A stretch of DNA of 64,000 nt from IMG/VR virus record IMGVR_UViG_2925643758_000002; one strand, 5' to 3'. This DNA comes from an uncultured virus (IMG/VR IMGVR_UViG_2925643758_000002) (lineage: Duplodnaviria > Heunggongvirae > Uroviricota > Caudoviricetes). The first letter of the stretch is position 1; every line of letters begins with the position of its first letter. A program made the translations under genes and the position numbers. Below the pieces are notes generated by a model. That model was given only the letters and a program-made list of their open reading frames with translations. It was not told the DNA's origin and did not search any database. Shown here in pieces: positions 29,455 to 37,652 of this stretch.

Positions 29455-29520
29455 CATTATCATTTAGATTATCGTAATTGAGAATCGCAGACTAAACGAA
29501 CCCACGAAAAAAGACGCCAA

Positions 29521-29760
29521 CTATTCGTCAGCGCCTCCGTTTTCTTCGTCTACAAGATCGATCAGTTCACGTATGTCTTTTATATTCAACGCCGCCGCAA
29601 TCCGGCTGAGATGGTCGAGCTGGATACGTTCTCTATGTCCGCGGACTAATTCACTTATTGTATTCGGACGGATTCCGGTTAGTTCAGCGAGTTCGCCCTG
29701 CGTCTTGCCCGAGCGCTTTAACGCCTCGCCTACCTTTATTTTTGCGATCATTTCCGCCAC
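29521..29760 (-). CDS. XRE/Cro-like regulator (paralogue of 2035-2247)
   Basis: GIRPNTISELVR...I.L.HL.RI matches the first XRE. Confidence 0.85.
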   Translation of the reverse strand: MAEMIAKIKVGEALKRSGKTQGELAELTGIRPNTISELVRGHRERIQLDHLSRIAAALNIKDIRELIDLVDEENGGADE

Positions 29761-29808
29761 CTCCTACGCTTATTATAACGTAAAAACGATATTTTTATCA
29801 ATAACGTA

Positions 29809-29837
29809 TTGACGTTATAACGTTTATGCGATATAAT
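29809..29837 (+). promoter_or_regulatory. SigA promoter with palindromic operator
   Basis: TTGACG-17-TATAAT; ACGTTATAACGT palindrome at 29812-29823. Confidence 0.75.
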
Positions 29838-29866
29838 TAAAGTAACGAAAGGAGGTGAACGGTAAA

Positions 29867-30013
29867 TTGATTGACATCATCGTAAAGCTTTCCGCGCTCC
29901 TTGGCACTTGGTTAGCGATTTTCAAACTATCGCTAGAACTTCGTAAGATGCGCAAAGAGGCGAAAGCAAAAGAGCGACGGCTTCCGACCAAGAAACACCG
30001 TCGCCGCACATAA
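29867..30013 (+). CDS. 48-aa single-TM peptide with basic tail (type I toxin-like)
   Basis: AAAGGAGGTGA RBS and TTG start; MIDIIVKLSALLGTWLAIFKLSLELRK...KKHRRRT. Confidence 0.65.
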   Translation: MIDIIVKLSALLGTWLAIFKLSLELRKMRKEAKAKERRLPTKKHRRRT

Positions 30014-30055
30014 TCCAACGGGGGCGAAAGCCCCTGTCAATCAATTATACCACGT

Positions 30056-30229
30056 ATGAAACGGATTAATACCACGGAAATTTTGCTAATTATCGTCCTT
30101 GTCTCTTGGATCGTGAGCATGAATTTCGCCAAGCTTTCCGCACTCGATTATATTGGAATCGGATCGGCGATCGTGTTTTTTGTCCTTCTGCTCTTACGGC
30201 GGAAAGGCGGTGTGGAAAATGACGCTTGA
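30056..30229 (+). CDS. 57-aa two-TM membrane protein
   Basis: Manual translation MKRINTTEILLIIVLVSW...; weak RBS. Confidence 0.5.
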   Translation: MKRINTTEILLIIVLVSWIVSMNFAKLSALDYIGIGSAIVFFVLLLLRRKGGVENDA

Positions 30230-30419
30230 TATAAGACGCCTGTGGTCGGATACGCCGCCATTAACGGCGCAACAAAAAGCGCAGATCCTCGACCTATACC
30301 AACGACCGATGACGCTATTTCAGGACAGCGGGCGCGCGTATCAAATCGGTTTTAATACGGCGCTTACCTACTTCGGGTACTTAATCGAAAAGGAAACGGA
30401 GAGTCATAACGATGATTGA
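30219..30419 (+). CDS. Hypothetical protein
   Basis: MTLDIRR start coupled to the upstream ORF. Confidence 0.55.
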   Translation: MTLDIRRLWSDTPPLTAQQKAQILDLYQRPMTLFQDSGRAYQIGFNTALTYFGYLIEKETESHNDD

Positions 30420-30528
30420 ATACACTTGCCACGATTGCAATTACGCAAAGTTAGATATCGAAATCAAGCCGGACGCGTGCTGCCCTACGTGTGGTACGCG
30501 GCTGGAAGTTGAGGAGGAAATCGTATGA
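30412..30528 (+). CDS. 38-aa zinc-ribbon protein
   Basis: MIEYTCHDC...CPTCG; overlaps both neighbours. Confidence 0.6.
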   Translation: MIEYTCHDCNYAKLDIEIKPDACCPTCGTRLEVEEEIV

Positions 30529-31262
30529 CTTCTACGCGCAACGAGTCAATCATAAAGAAAATTCGCGGCCTATTGGCAATTGCAAACGACAATAAAAGCG
30601 ATGAAGAGTCGCAAAGTGCGTTTCTATTGGCGCAGAAACTCATGATTAAGCACGATATTTCCTCCGGTGAGATAACGGAAGAATCCGCTGAACAGGAGAT
30701 CGTAAAAGGTCAGGCAACGGCGTATAAGCGGCTTTTCTGGTGGGAACGTTCGTTAGCACGAATTATCGCGGATAACTTCAAAGTTGAATATTATTACAAT
30801 AATAAACGTTTTGACGGTGAGCAAAGAAGGAAGAAAACTGTAATCTTCTTCGGTTATGATAGCGATGTGCAGCTCGCGAAAGAAATGTTTGTACTCGCCT
30901 ATGATGCGATTCAGTTCTACTCAAAGCGTTTCATAAATTCCTACTATGACGAAGAATACGCCACCAGAACCGTAAGAAAGACCAACGACCTAAAAAACTC
31001 TTACATGAAGGGATTCCTTGACGGACTTAAAGAAAAATTCGCCGAGCAGTTGCGTCAGATGAAAGAAGAATACGGTTTGATGGTTATTAAACCGAAGGAA
31101 GTAAGCGACGCCTACAAAGAGCTTTCGAAGTCGTTCGGAACTGCACGCGCAATACAAGTCCCGGATATTGAGGAGATGTTTGCGTATAGTAGCGGTCATC
31201 GCGACGGAAATACCATCGATTATACAAAATCGACTATTGACGACGAAGTTGTCGGCTTCTAA
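30525..31262 (+). CDS. DUF2786-domain protein
   Basis: IIKKIR.LLA.A....EE..SA...AQKLM.KH.I N-terminus. Confidence 0.75.
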   Translation: MTSTRNESIIKKIRGLLAIANDNKSDEESQSAFLLAQKLMIKHDISSGEITEESAEQEIVKGQATAYKRLFWWERSLARIIADNFKVEYYYNNKRFDGEQRRKKTVIFFGYDSDVQLAKEMFVLAYDAIQFYSKRFINSYYDEEYATRTVRKTNDLKNSYMKGFLDGLKEKFAEQLRQMKEEYGLMVIKPKEVSDAYKELSKSFGTARAIQVPDIEEMFAYSSGHRDGNTIDYTKSTIDDEVVGF

Positions 31263-31275
31263 AGGAGGAAATCGT

Positions 31276-31713
31276 ATGAAACGTTTAGTCAAATCGCTCG
31301 TAATCACCGCCACCCTATTAACCGGCACTATTGCGCTGGCTCCGCAGGCTGACGCAGCATGGTCGGGCTGGCAGACGGAGAAGCTCAGACACAAGGCGCG
31401 AGTATATACGGACGCAACCACGTACAGTAGCAGCGCGACTACAGTCGATTGGAAAGCCGAGAAAAAAGGCGGCGGAACGCTTTATTACACGGCCGGCGTT
31501 TATAAAAAGCGCAGCGGTGGCGGGCTGATTGAAACCGGCTTGTTACAGCGCGGAAGCTTCAAGACATCAACGCCACTTAAGTCGTTTAGCGCGAAGTCGA
31601 TCCGCAGCAAGACCGGCAAAGGAACATACGTTATCCAGATCGACTGCTATTCGGATTCAGGCAAGCGCAAATACGTCGGTACGTTTGAGTCAGCGAAATT
31701 CAACGTTAAATAA
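31276..31713 (+). CDS. Secreted basic protein
   Basis: AAAGGAGG RBS; Sec signal peptide ending ADA|A. Confidence 0.7.
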   Translation: MKRLVKSLVITATLLTGTIALAPQADAAWSGWQTEKLRHKARVYTDATTYSSSATTVDWKAEKKGGGTLYYTAGVYKKRSGGGLIETGLLQRGSFKTSTPLKSFSAKSIRSKTGKGTYVIQIDCYSDSGKRKYVGTFESAKFNVK

Positions 31714-31843
31714 TGAACGAAATGAGCCGTTTCGAGCTTTCGGATACCTATCGTACCTGAACGCGTCTGAAGCGGCTCTCTCATTGTAATTTCGTGGTAT
31801 AATCGTTCTATACAACGATGTAGGACACGGAGGTACAACGAAA

Positions 31844-32023
31844 ATGGAGGAAAAATACGAGACTAACGGCATTGATACGTCGATCACTTACGAATACAAG
31901 GAATTTCCGGATAAGCGCGCAGGGCGATGCGACAATTGCGATTATACGCTTTTCAAAAGCTCGGTGAGGAGCGGAAAGTTTCTTCGGGAGTGCCGGCGGT
32001 GTGGAATGAAAAAGAACATTTAA
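31844..32023 (+). CDS. 59-aa Cys-rich phage protein
   Basis: GGAGG RBS; CDNC...CRRC. Confidence 0.65.
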   Translation: MEEKYETNGIDTSITYEYKEFPDKRAGRCDNCDYTLFKSSVRSGKFLRECRRCGMKKNI

Positions 32024-32037
32024 TGGGAGGGCATTCA

Positions 32038-32481
32038 GTGAGTAATATTGATCGCTTATCAGAACGACTTGATAAAAAATATAGAAATAAGATTTTGACA
32101 CTTAAAATTATGAGGAAAGTAAGAGACGACTTAATTCAACTCCGAAACCGTTTAGCCGATGTCATTGAGGTGTCGGACAACAGAATAGAAATTAGGAAAG
32201 ACAACAACCAAAATGAAGTTTTATATTTCAAACTAATGAGTTCTCCTGCTGAATTCCGGACCGTTATATCAGAAGGAAAAGCTTATTTACAAGTGAGAGA
32301 TCCTGAAACTCAACTTGTCCACGTTGTTTTACAGATCAACAGCAGTGAAGAGTTATTACCACTAGTATCCATTAACAATCCTTGCAGCTACTCTATACAT
32401 ATTAGTGAGCTTGTCGATTTTATTATTGGAGTAGTTTGTTTTAGCAACGACTTCAAAAATGGACCGGTAGTTGCACAATAA
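32038..32481 (+). CDS. AT-rich hypothetical protein
   Basis: GGGAGG RBS before GTG; lower GC than flanking DNA. Confidence 0.55.
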   Translation: MSNIDRLSERLDKKYRNKILTLKIMRKVRDDLIQLRNRLADVIEVSDNRIEIRKDNNQNEVLYFKLMSSPAEFRTVISEGKAYLQVRDPETQLVHVVLQINSSEELLPLVSINNPCSYSIHISELVDFIIGVVCFSNDFKNGPVVAQ

Positions 32482-32537
32482 TTACCAACGCCCAATCACT
32501 TCGCTCCAGCCGACTATTACTATATCATTAAAGTAAA

Positions 32538-33374
32538 ATGAAGCTGAAACGAGGTGATTTTTTGTTTATTTCGCCAATGCTATTAGAGTCCGCAAAAGAC
32601 CCGTTCGACTCTGACGATTACATTACGGAAATCAAATTCGACGGTATCCGCCTGCTCGCGTCCAAAGATGGCGGCCGCATGCGCCTCTACACGCGCCACA
32701 ACAACGAAGTCACCGCTAAATTCCCCGAACTCCACACGTTACAGATTCCGGACGGTACCGTTTTGGATGGCGAGCTTATCGTGCCCGGATCGACAGGCGC
32801 CGGAGACTTCGAAGCTATGATGGAGCGGTTTCAATCGCGAAGAAGTTATCATCCGATAGTATTCTGCGTGTTTGATATATTGCGTCTCGACGGCGTACCG
32901 ATTACGTCGAAGCCGTTATATGAGCGGAAGGAATTATTAAGCGGCCTTGCCCTCGATCATCCAAACGTTAAGATTGTCGATAGCGTTACGGGTAATGGCC
33001 GCGCTGTTTTCGAATTAGCGAAAAGCTCCGGCATTGAAGGCGTCGTTATGAAGCGCGCTAATTCGTCCTACGCGGAAAATAAGCGGTCAGAGCGTTGGCT
33101 GAAGATCGTTAATTACGAGTATACGGACGTTTGGATTACGGGCTATCGGAAAGAGGATAATGCGCTTGTTTTAGCGTATGAAGACGGTGCTTATGCGGGC
33201 CTGATGGAGTTTATGCCGCACGCTGAACGGCGGAGATTTCATTCGGAGCGGAAAGACGTAGGAGAAACGGATAAATACGTGAATATAGAGCCGATAAAAT
33301 GCCGTGTGAAGCATCGATTTAAGACGCGAAGAGGATTGCTGCGGATACCTTCGTTTGATTCGTGGAAGAGCTGA
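32538..33374 (+). CDS. ATP-dependent DNA ligase (SPbeta LigB-like)
   Basis: EIKFDGIR, LDGEL, FDIL, EGVVMK and WLK motifs. Confidence 0.92.
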   Translation: MKLKRGDFLFISPMLLESAKDPFDSDDYITEIKFDGIRLLASKDGGRMRLYTRHNNEVTAKFPELHTLQIPDGTVLDGELIVPGSTGAGDFEAMMERFQSRRSYHPIVFCVFDILRLDGVPITSKPLYERKELLSGLALDHPNVKIVDSVTGNGRAVFELAKSSGIEGVVMKRANSSYAENKRSERWLKIVNYEYTDVWITGYRKEDNALVLAYEDGAYAGLMEFMPHAERRRFHSERKDVGETDKYVNIEPIKCRVKHRFKTRRGLLRIPSFDSWKS

Positions 33375-33413
33375 TGATATATTTAAGGCATAAACACCGA
33401 AGGAGCTATACGA

Positions 33414-33575
33414 ATGGACGAAAAACAATACGCTCGCATTGCGCTTACAAACGGGCAGATTGCGCGCTTTGAATTACCTACGAATCTAAACAGCCGAGAC
33501 ATAGCTATCTTAAAATCGCAGATCGAAGTTCTTGAATTACAAACGGAAGATGACGAAGAAAAGACGCCCGTATAA
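33414..33575 (+). CDS. 53-aa hypothetical protein
   Basis: AAGGAG RBS; manual translation MDEKQYARIALTNG... Confidence 0.55.
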   Translation: MDEKQYARIALTNGQIARFELPTNLNSRDIAILKSQIEVLELQTEDDEEKTPV

Positions 33576-33590
33576 GGCGTCCTTTTTCGT
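33559..33590. terminator. Bidirectional intrinsic terminator
   Basis: GACGCC-loop-GGCGTC flanked by A and T runs. Confidence 0.75.
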
Positions 33591-33591
33591 T

Positions 33592-33663
33592 TTATGCTCC
33601 GCGTGACGGACTTGCGCCCCTACTCGCGCTTTCTAGCGGACTAGCTCCTCGTGGCATCCCCAT
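33592..33663 (-). CDS. 23-aa poly-arbitrium-peptide minigene MGMPRGASPLESASRGASPSRGA
   Basis: GGAGGTGA RBS, ATG..TAA, three xxxRGA hexamers, terminator directly downstream. Confidence 0.8.
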   Translation of the reverse strand: MGMPRGASPLESASRGASPSRGA

Positions 33664-33687
33664 TCGCCTCACCTCCGATATAGTAAA

Positions 33688-33717
33688 ATTATACCTTCTT
33701 AACGTTGAACAGCGCAA
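33688..33717 (-). promoter_or_regulatory. Candidate SigA promoter of the minigene
   Basis: TTGCGC-18-TATAAT in the 3' end of the upstream gene. Confidence 0.5.
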
Positions 33718-34489
33718 TCAGCGTTTTGTCCGGCGTCTTGGATTGTCGATAGAATACGTTAGGATTAAACGTGTAGCGCTCCGGCTCGCTTCCGACTTTA
33801 ATGCGTGCAACAACGTATTCGCCGTCGAATTTCATCTGCTTCAGGCGCCGGCCGAGCGTATCTGAAGTAACACCGATCGCCGTCGCAAGCTCCTTCTTAT
33901 TGAACCAGCGGATGCGCTTCGGATTCTTTTCGAAAGGATTTTCGCATAGAGCGTTTGTTTCGAAGTGAATAAACGGCAGCATTCGATAGATCAGTCCGAT
34001 GTCAGTCGCCTTCACTTCGCTGTACACACGTTTAATCTTCGCGCTGTAAAGCTTGACGACTTGCTGGCTACCGAAATTCCCTTTAAAGTGATAGCGGTCA
34101 TTTACACTGTAGCGGCCGCCCTCTTCACGGATAATGTCGTGCTCGGTACAGGCGAAAAGGAAGTCGTAAAAGGTCATCCGTTTTTTACCGAGCTGCAAAA
34201 CGTCCATCATGTCCGCGGTGGTCATCGGTGTTTTATTACGGCTGGATTTGATTAGTACACCGTTGTAGTCGACGTAGCACTGAAGCAGCATCAGGTAGCC
34301 ACACTGTGCCGTCGTAAGAGCGTCATAGACTTCGTGAATATTAGACATATTGGCGTTTGAGAAATCGCGCCGATCGGCTGTTTTTTCTTGCTGCTGACGA
34401 AAGGCTGCGTCTTGGTTGCGGTGCCGCAGCGTGTACATTTCCGACCAGTCTTCGCCTGTCTCCGTATTAATAACTCGTAATCTCTTCAT
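33689..34489 (-). CDS. RepL-like winged-helix DNA-binding protein
   Basis: VINTETGE N-terminus, HTH KELATAIGV...LGRRLK, C-terminal YTFNPNVFY. Confidence 0.55.
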   Translation of the reverse strand: MKRLRVINTETGEDWSEMYTLRHRNQDAAFRQQQEKTADRRDFSNANMSNIHEVYDALTTAQCGYLMLLQCYVDYNGVLIKSSRNKTPMTTADMMDVLQLGKKRMTFYDFLFACTEHDIIREEGGRYSVNDRYHFKGNFGSQQVVKLYSAKIKRVYSEVKATDIGLIYRMLPFIHFETNALCENPFEKNPKRIRWFNKKELATAIGVTSDTLGRRLKQMKFDGEYVVARIKVGSEPERYTFNPNVFYRQSKTPDKTLIALFNVKKV

Positions 34490-34542
34490 TATACCGTCTC
34501 CTTTTCACAAAAATAAAAGAGCGCTGAACGGGCGCCCTCACA

Positions 34543-34567
34543 ACGTATAGACAACTAACGCAGTAAA
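34543..34567 (-). promoter_or_regulatory. Putative phage late promoter motif, copy 2
   Basis: 22/25 identical to 29106-29130; intergenic. Confidence 0.55.
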
Positions 34568-34576
34568 ATACGGGTA

Positions 34577-35119
34577 TTAGTGATAAACTTTTTCGCCGGT
34601 TGCGATATTTACGGTGAACTGTCCGGGAGTATGCCTTCTCTCCGTAATCACCTCCCCTTTCGGCGTTTTGCCTACGGCGACTAGATACCCTTTCGTAAAA
34701 GAATTGTAGTTTTTCCTACGCTCTTCATTCCGTGCCTTGGCGCGCCTATCCAGTAATTTATTTTCGTAGGAAGATCGTGGTCTGCGGATCGGCCGACCTT
34801 TATAGGAGCCGGTTTGGTCGTATTCCTCCGCCAATTTATCCGAAGCTTCGCGTTTGTATCGCTCTTCGAACTGGGTTTCACTCATGATCGGATACTCTTC
34901 GCGCGTGACCTTATCCGGATGTGAATCGGATAGCTCTTCATAGAGTACGAGATTAGCCATTCGCTCAAGCGCTGAGGGCTCCGGTTGCTCTCCGGTAGAG
35001 TCGTAGTAAGCGTCTGCTAAGGCCGTGATTGCCTCAATACGTTCACGCCGTGTCATCTTGCCGGCCTTGGTAAGTGTGTACATTTCCGTAATCGTTTCGT
35101 GCAAAATCGTTTTATCCAT
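34577..35119 (-). CDS. Hypothetical phage protein
   Basis: Start MDKTIL coupled to the upstream stop. Confidence 0.65.
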   Translation of the reverse strand: MDKTILHETITEMYTLTKAGKMTRRERIEAITALADAYYDSTGEQPEPSALERMANLVLYEELSDSHPDKVTREEYPIMSETQFEERYKREASDKLAEEYDQTGSYKGRPIRRPRSSYENKLLDRRAKARNEERRKNYNSFTKGYLVAVGKTPKGEVITERRHTPGQFTVNIATGEKVYH

Positions 35120-35502
35120 CAATCCGTCCCCCCTGTCGTGTATCCTTCGCCGTGACCGGCCCAATAGTAATAAATGTCCGCAAGCTTTTCGGAGGCTCTG
35201 TCGAGTGCTTCATTTACGTTCTTTTGCGCAATGCCCATCCGTTCGCCCGCCTCGGTTTGCGTTAATTCTCCGAAGTAAACGAGCTCGATCGCCTGTCGTT
35301 GCCGAACCGTTAAGCCGGCGAGCTCGATCGCCTTATGAATGTCGATCAGCACTTCCACGGCCGCATAGTCGCCGCAGCGTTTTCGGCTGACGAACTTTTG
35401 GTAATCGGTGAGTAGCAACTTGACGCCCTCTGCGTTATCTAGCGCATAGGCTGCGTTAAATTCGCGATCCTTTCGGTGGAGATCGATTTTGACTGTACCC
35501 AT
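35119..35502 (-). CDS. Sigma-70 region 4-like HTH transcription factor (probable late activator)
   Basis: LTVRQRQAIELVYFGELTQTEAGERMGI.QKNV. Confidence 0.8.
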   Translation of the reverse strand: MGTVKIDLHRKDREFNAAYALDNAEGVKLLLTDYQKFVSRKRCGDYAAVEVLIDIHKAIELAGLTVRQRQAIELVYFGELTQTEAGERMGIAQKNVNEALDRASEKLADIYYYWAGHGEGYTTGGTD

Positions 35503-35581
35503 CCCTTCGCCCCTTTTCGTTTGACTTTCGCCCCAAAAGCGAATATAATTTCCGTATAATGTATAATCGAGGTGTATCCGT

Positions 35582-35962
35582 ATGGTTATTAATTGGATTT
35601 CAGCGCAAAATAATGACGCTTACATAACGCTTGATAAACAGCGAAGAATATACGTTTCGTCCGGCGCACGTAAAATCATCGGCCTGCCCGACAAATCTCC
35701 GTTTTACCTGACGATCGGCTACGATGACGAATCAAATCGCCTTGTTTGCGCGAAGCCTGAAAGCGTAAAGGCCGATGCGACTCCGTTCAAATTCGATAAG
35801 CGTTCGTATAATAAAGCCGCAAGCAAAGTAATTAAGGCGGCCGGCTTCAAAGACGAGGACCTTCCGCTACGTTTTCAGATGATTGGCGAAGAGGAAGCCG
35901 CGAAGCAGGCGTATATGGCGTACCCTTCCGGCGTTTATGCTTTCAATTTAAATCGTAGCTGA
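35582..35962 (+). CDS. Hypothetical protein with its own SigA promoter
   Basis: TTGACT-17-TATAAT at 35521-35549; GAGGTG RBS. Confidence 0.65.
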   Translation: MVINWISAQNNDAYITLDKQRRIYVSSGARKIIGLPDKSPFYLTIGYDDESNRLVCAKPESVKADATPFKFDKRSYNKAASKVIKAAGFKDEDLPLRFQMIGEEEAAKQAYMAYPSGVYAFNLNRS

Positions 35963-37083
35963 TCCGCCAAGGCACATCCGATATACCACGCAACGCGCGA
36001 AGCAATTCCGTTTCCGACAATCCGGTATTGTGCCGATAAAGAAATATCGTCTGGCAGGACGTAAGTGTCTGGCGCAGATTGGATTCGGAGACATTCGCGA
36101 ACGGTGAAACGGCGAGGTGCTTCGGTCGGATGGATCGGCTGGCCGCTGTTATGATGCGCTGGAATCGTATTAGACGGTCTATCTAGCGATTGCACGCGGT
36201 TAGCTTGGCCGTATGTGTATTCGCTTTTAGGCGTCCAATACTTTCCGCAATCTTGACGCTCAGGCTCAGGCAAATCCCCGATAACATCCCGCAATACTCT
36301 CGTCTGATAATCGTCTTCTAACGGATTCGGAAACTCGAATGTGAATCCGAGGTCTTTTCGAATTCCGACGATAAACACGCGCTCTCGCTTCTGTGCTACT
36401 CCGTAGTCCCACGCGCTCAGCGCTTTCCACTCAATCTCGTAACCTATTTCGTTAAACTTCTCGATAAGCGCGTCGAATGTAGGACGGTGGCGCTTCGTTA
36501 TCAGTCCTTTTACGTTTTCAAACACGAAGGATTTCGGTTGCTTGCGTTCGATAATTTCGAGGTAGCGCCAGACGAGTTTGCCGCGTTCTCCGTCTGCTCC
36601 AGCGCCTTTGCCTGCGACCGAGAAGTCTTGGCATGGTGGCCCTCCGAAGATAACGTCTGTGTTCGGCAAACTATCGATATCAATTTCATTAATGTCCGCC
36701 TGTTTAACGTAATCACCGAAGTTGTGGCGATATGCTTTGACGGCATTCTTATCGAAGTCCAGCGCCTTTACGATATCGTAGCCGGCCGCCTTAAAGCCGA
36801 CTGCTCCGAGGCCTCCCCCGCAGAATAGTTCGAGCACAGTCAGCCCGTTTACCGGCTGTTGTGGCGTTAAATTAAAGTCGCCCATATATTCGCTCCTCTC
36901 CGATATATTAACGAGTTCATTCGGACATTTCGATCTATACTCCGCGATAAGAGTGCGTGCCGGTCCCGAACCTTCATTTATCGGAATACCTCTTCCGTAA
37001 TTCGTCGTTGTCTTCCCATCCACAACGTTCTGGATATACGCAGGTAGTTTTGTTTCCGGTTCGTGATTCGGAACCTCCGTCAC
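35935..37083 (-). CDS. DNA cytosine-C5 methyltransferase (two possible starts, 37083 and 36885)
   Basis: Motifs LFCGGG, GGPPCQDFS, FENVKGL, QKRERVF, RECLRIQ and GNG. Confidence 0.93.
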   Translation of the reverse strand: MTEVPNHEPETKLPAYIQNVVDGKTTTNYGRGIPINEGSGPARTLIAEYRSKCPNELVNISERSEYMGDFNLTPQQPVNGLTVLELFCGGGLGAVGFKAAGYDIVKALDFDKNAVKAYRHNFGDYVKQADINEIDIDSLPNTDVIFGGPPCQDFSVAGKGAGADGERGKLVWRYLEIIERKQPKSFVFENVKGLITKRHRPTFDALIEKFNEIGYEIEWKALSAWDYGVAQKRERVFIVGIRKDLGFTFEFPNPLEDDYQTRVLRDVIGDLPEPERQDCGKYWTPKSEYTYGQANRVQSLDRPSNTIPAHHNSGQPIHPTEAPRRFTVRECLRIQSAPDTYVLPDDISLSAQYRIVGNGIASRVAWYIGCALADQLRFKLKA

Positions 37084-37652
37084 TTAACGCCCACCTCCGC
37101 CATTAAATCGTCCAACTTCGCATATAGCTGCTCGTACGTTCCATCGTTAACAATTTCGTAATCAACTTCGAAACTTTGCAGCGCTTTTTCAGTCGGATGA
37201 TCGAGCGCTGCTAAATCGAAATCGTCGCCGGCCTTCCGTGCGCGTTCAATCCGTAATTCCTCCGGCGCTGTGATGCGGACGATCGTAAATCCTTCGGCGC
37301 GCAGCCGGGCATATTCGTTCTGCTGCCGAACGTCTTCAATCAGTACGCGATTCTTCAGGGACGGTGATAAGCCGCAATCACATTTGCGAGAAAAGAGCGC
37401 CGTGTATGCGTCAACTTTCGCCATGCATGCGTCTATCCAGAAATTCTCGCCGAATATCTTCCGCACCGCCTGACCGAATTCTTGATAATACGCGCGTGGC
37501 TTCGGCTTTTCAGGTACGGAAGGGAACGCGCGATGGAAAGCCGCCTTTAATTCGTCACTGAAGGCGAACTTTTGGAAATCGTAATACATCGATAGATAGC
37601 CGGCGGCCTCCGACTTGCCTGCGCGTAACGGCGCGGTTAGGGCGAGCTTCAT
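37080..37652 (-). CDS. Deoxynucleoside monophosphate kinase
   Basis: P-loop-like AGKS, FSDELK, DVRQQNE and H.TE. Confidence 0.8.
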   Translation of the reverse strand: MKLALTAPLRAGKSEAAGYLSMYYDFQKFAFSDELKAAFHRAFPSVPEKPKPRAYYQEFGQAVRKIFGENFWIDACMAKVDAYTALFSRKCDCGLSPSLKNRVLIEDVRQQNEYARLRAEGFTIVRITAPEELRIERARKAGDDFDLAALDHPTEKALQSFEVDYEIVNDGTYEQLYAKLDDLMAEVGVK

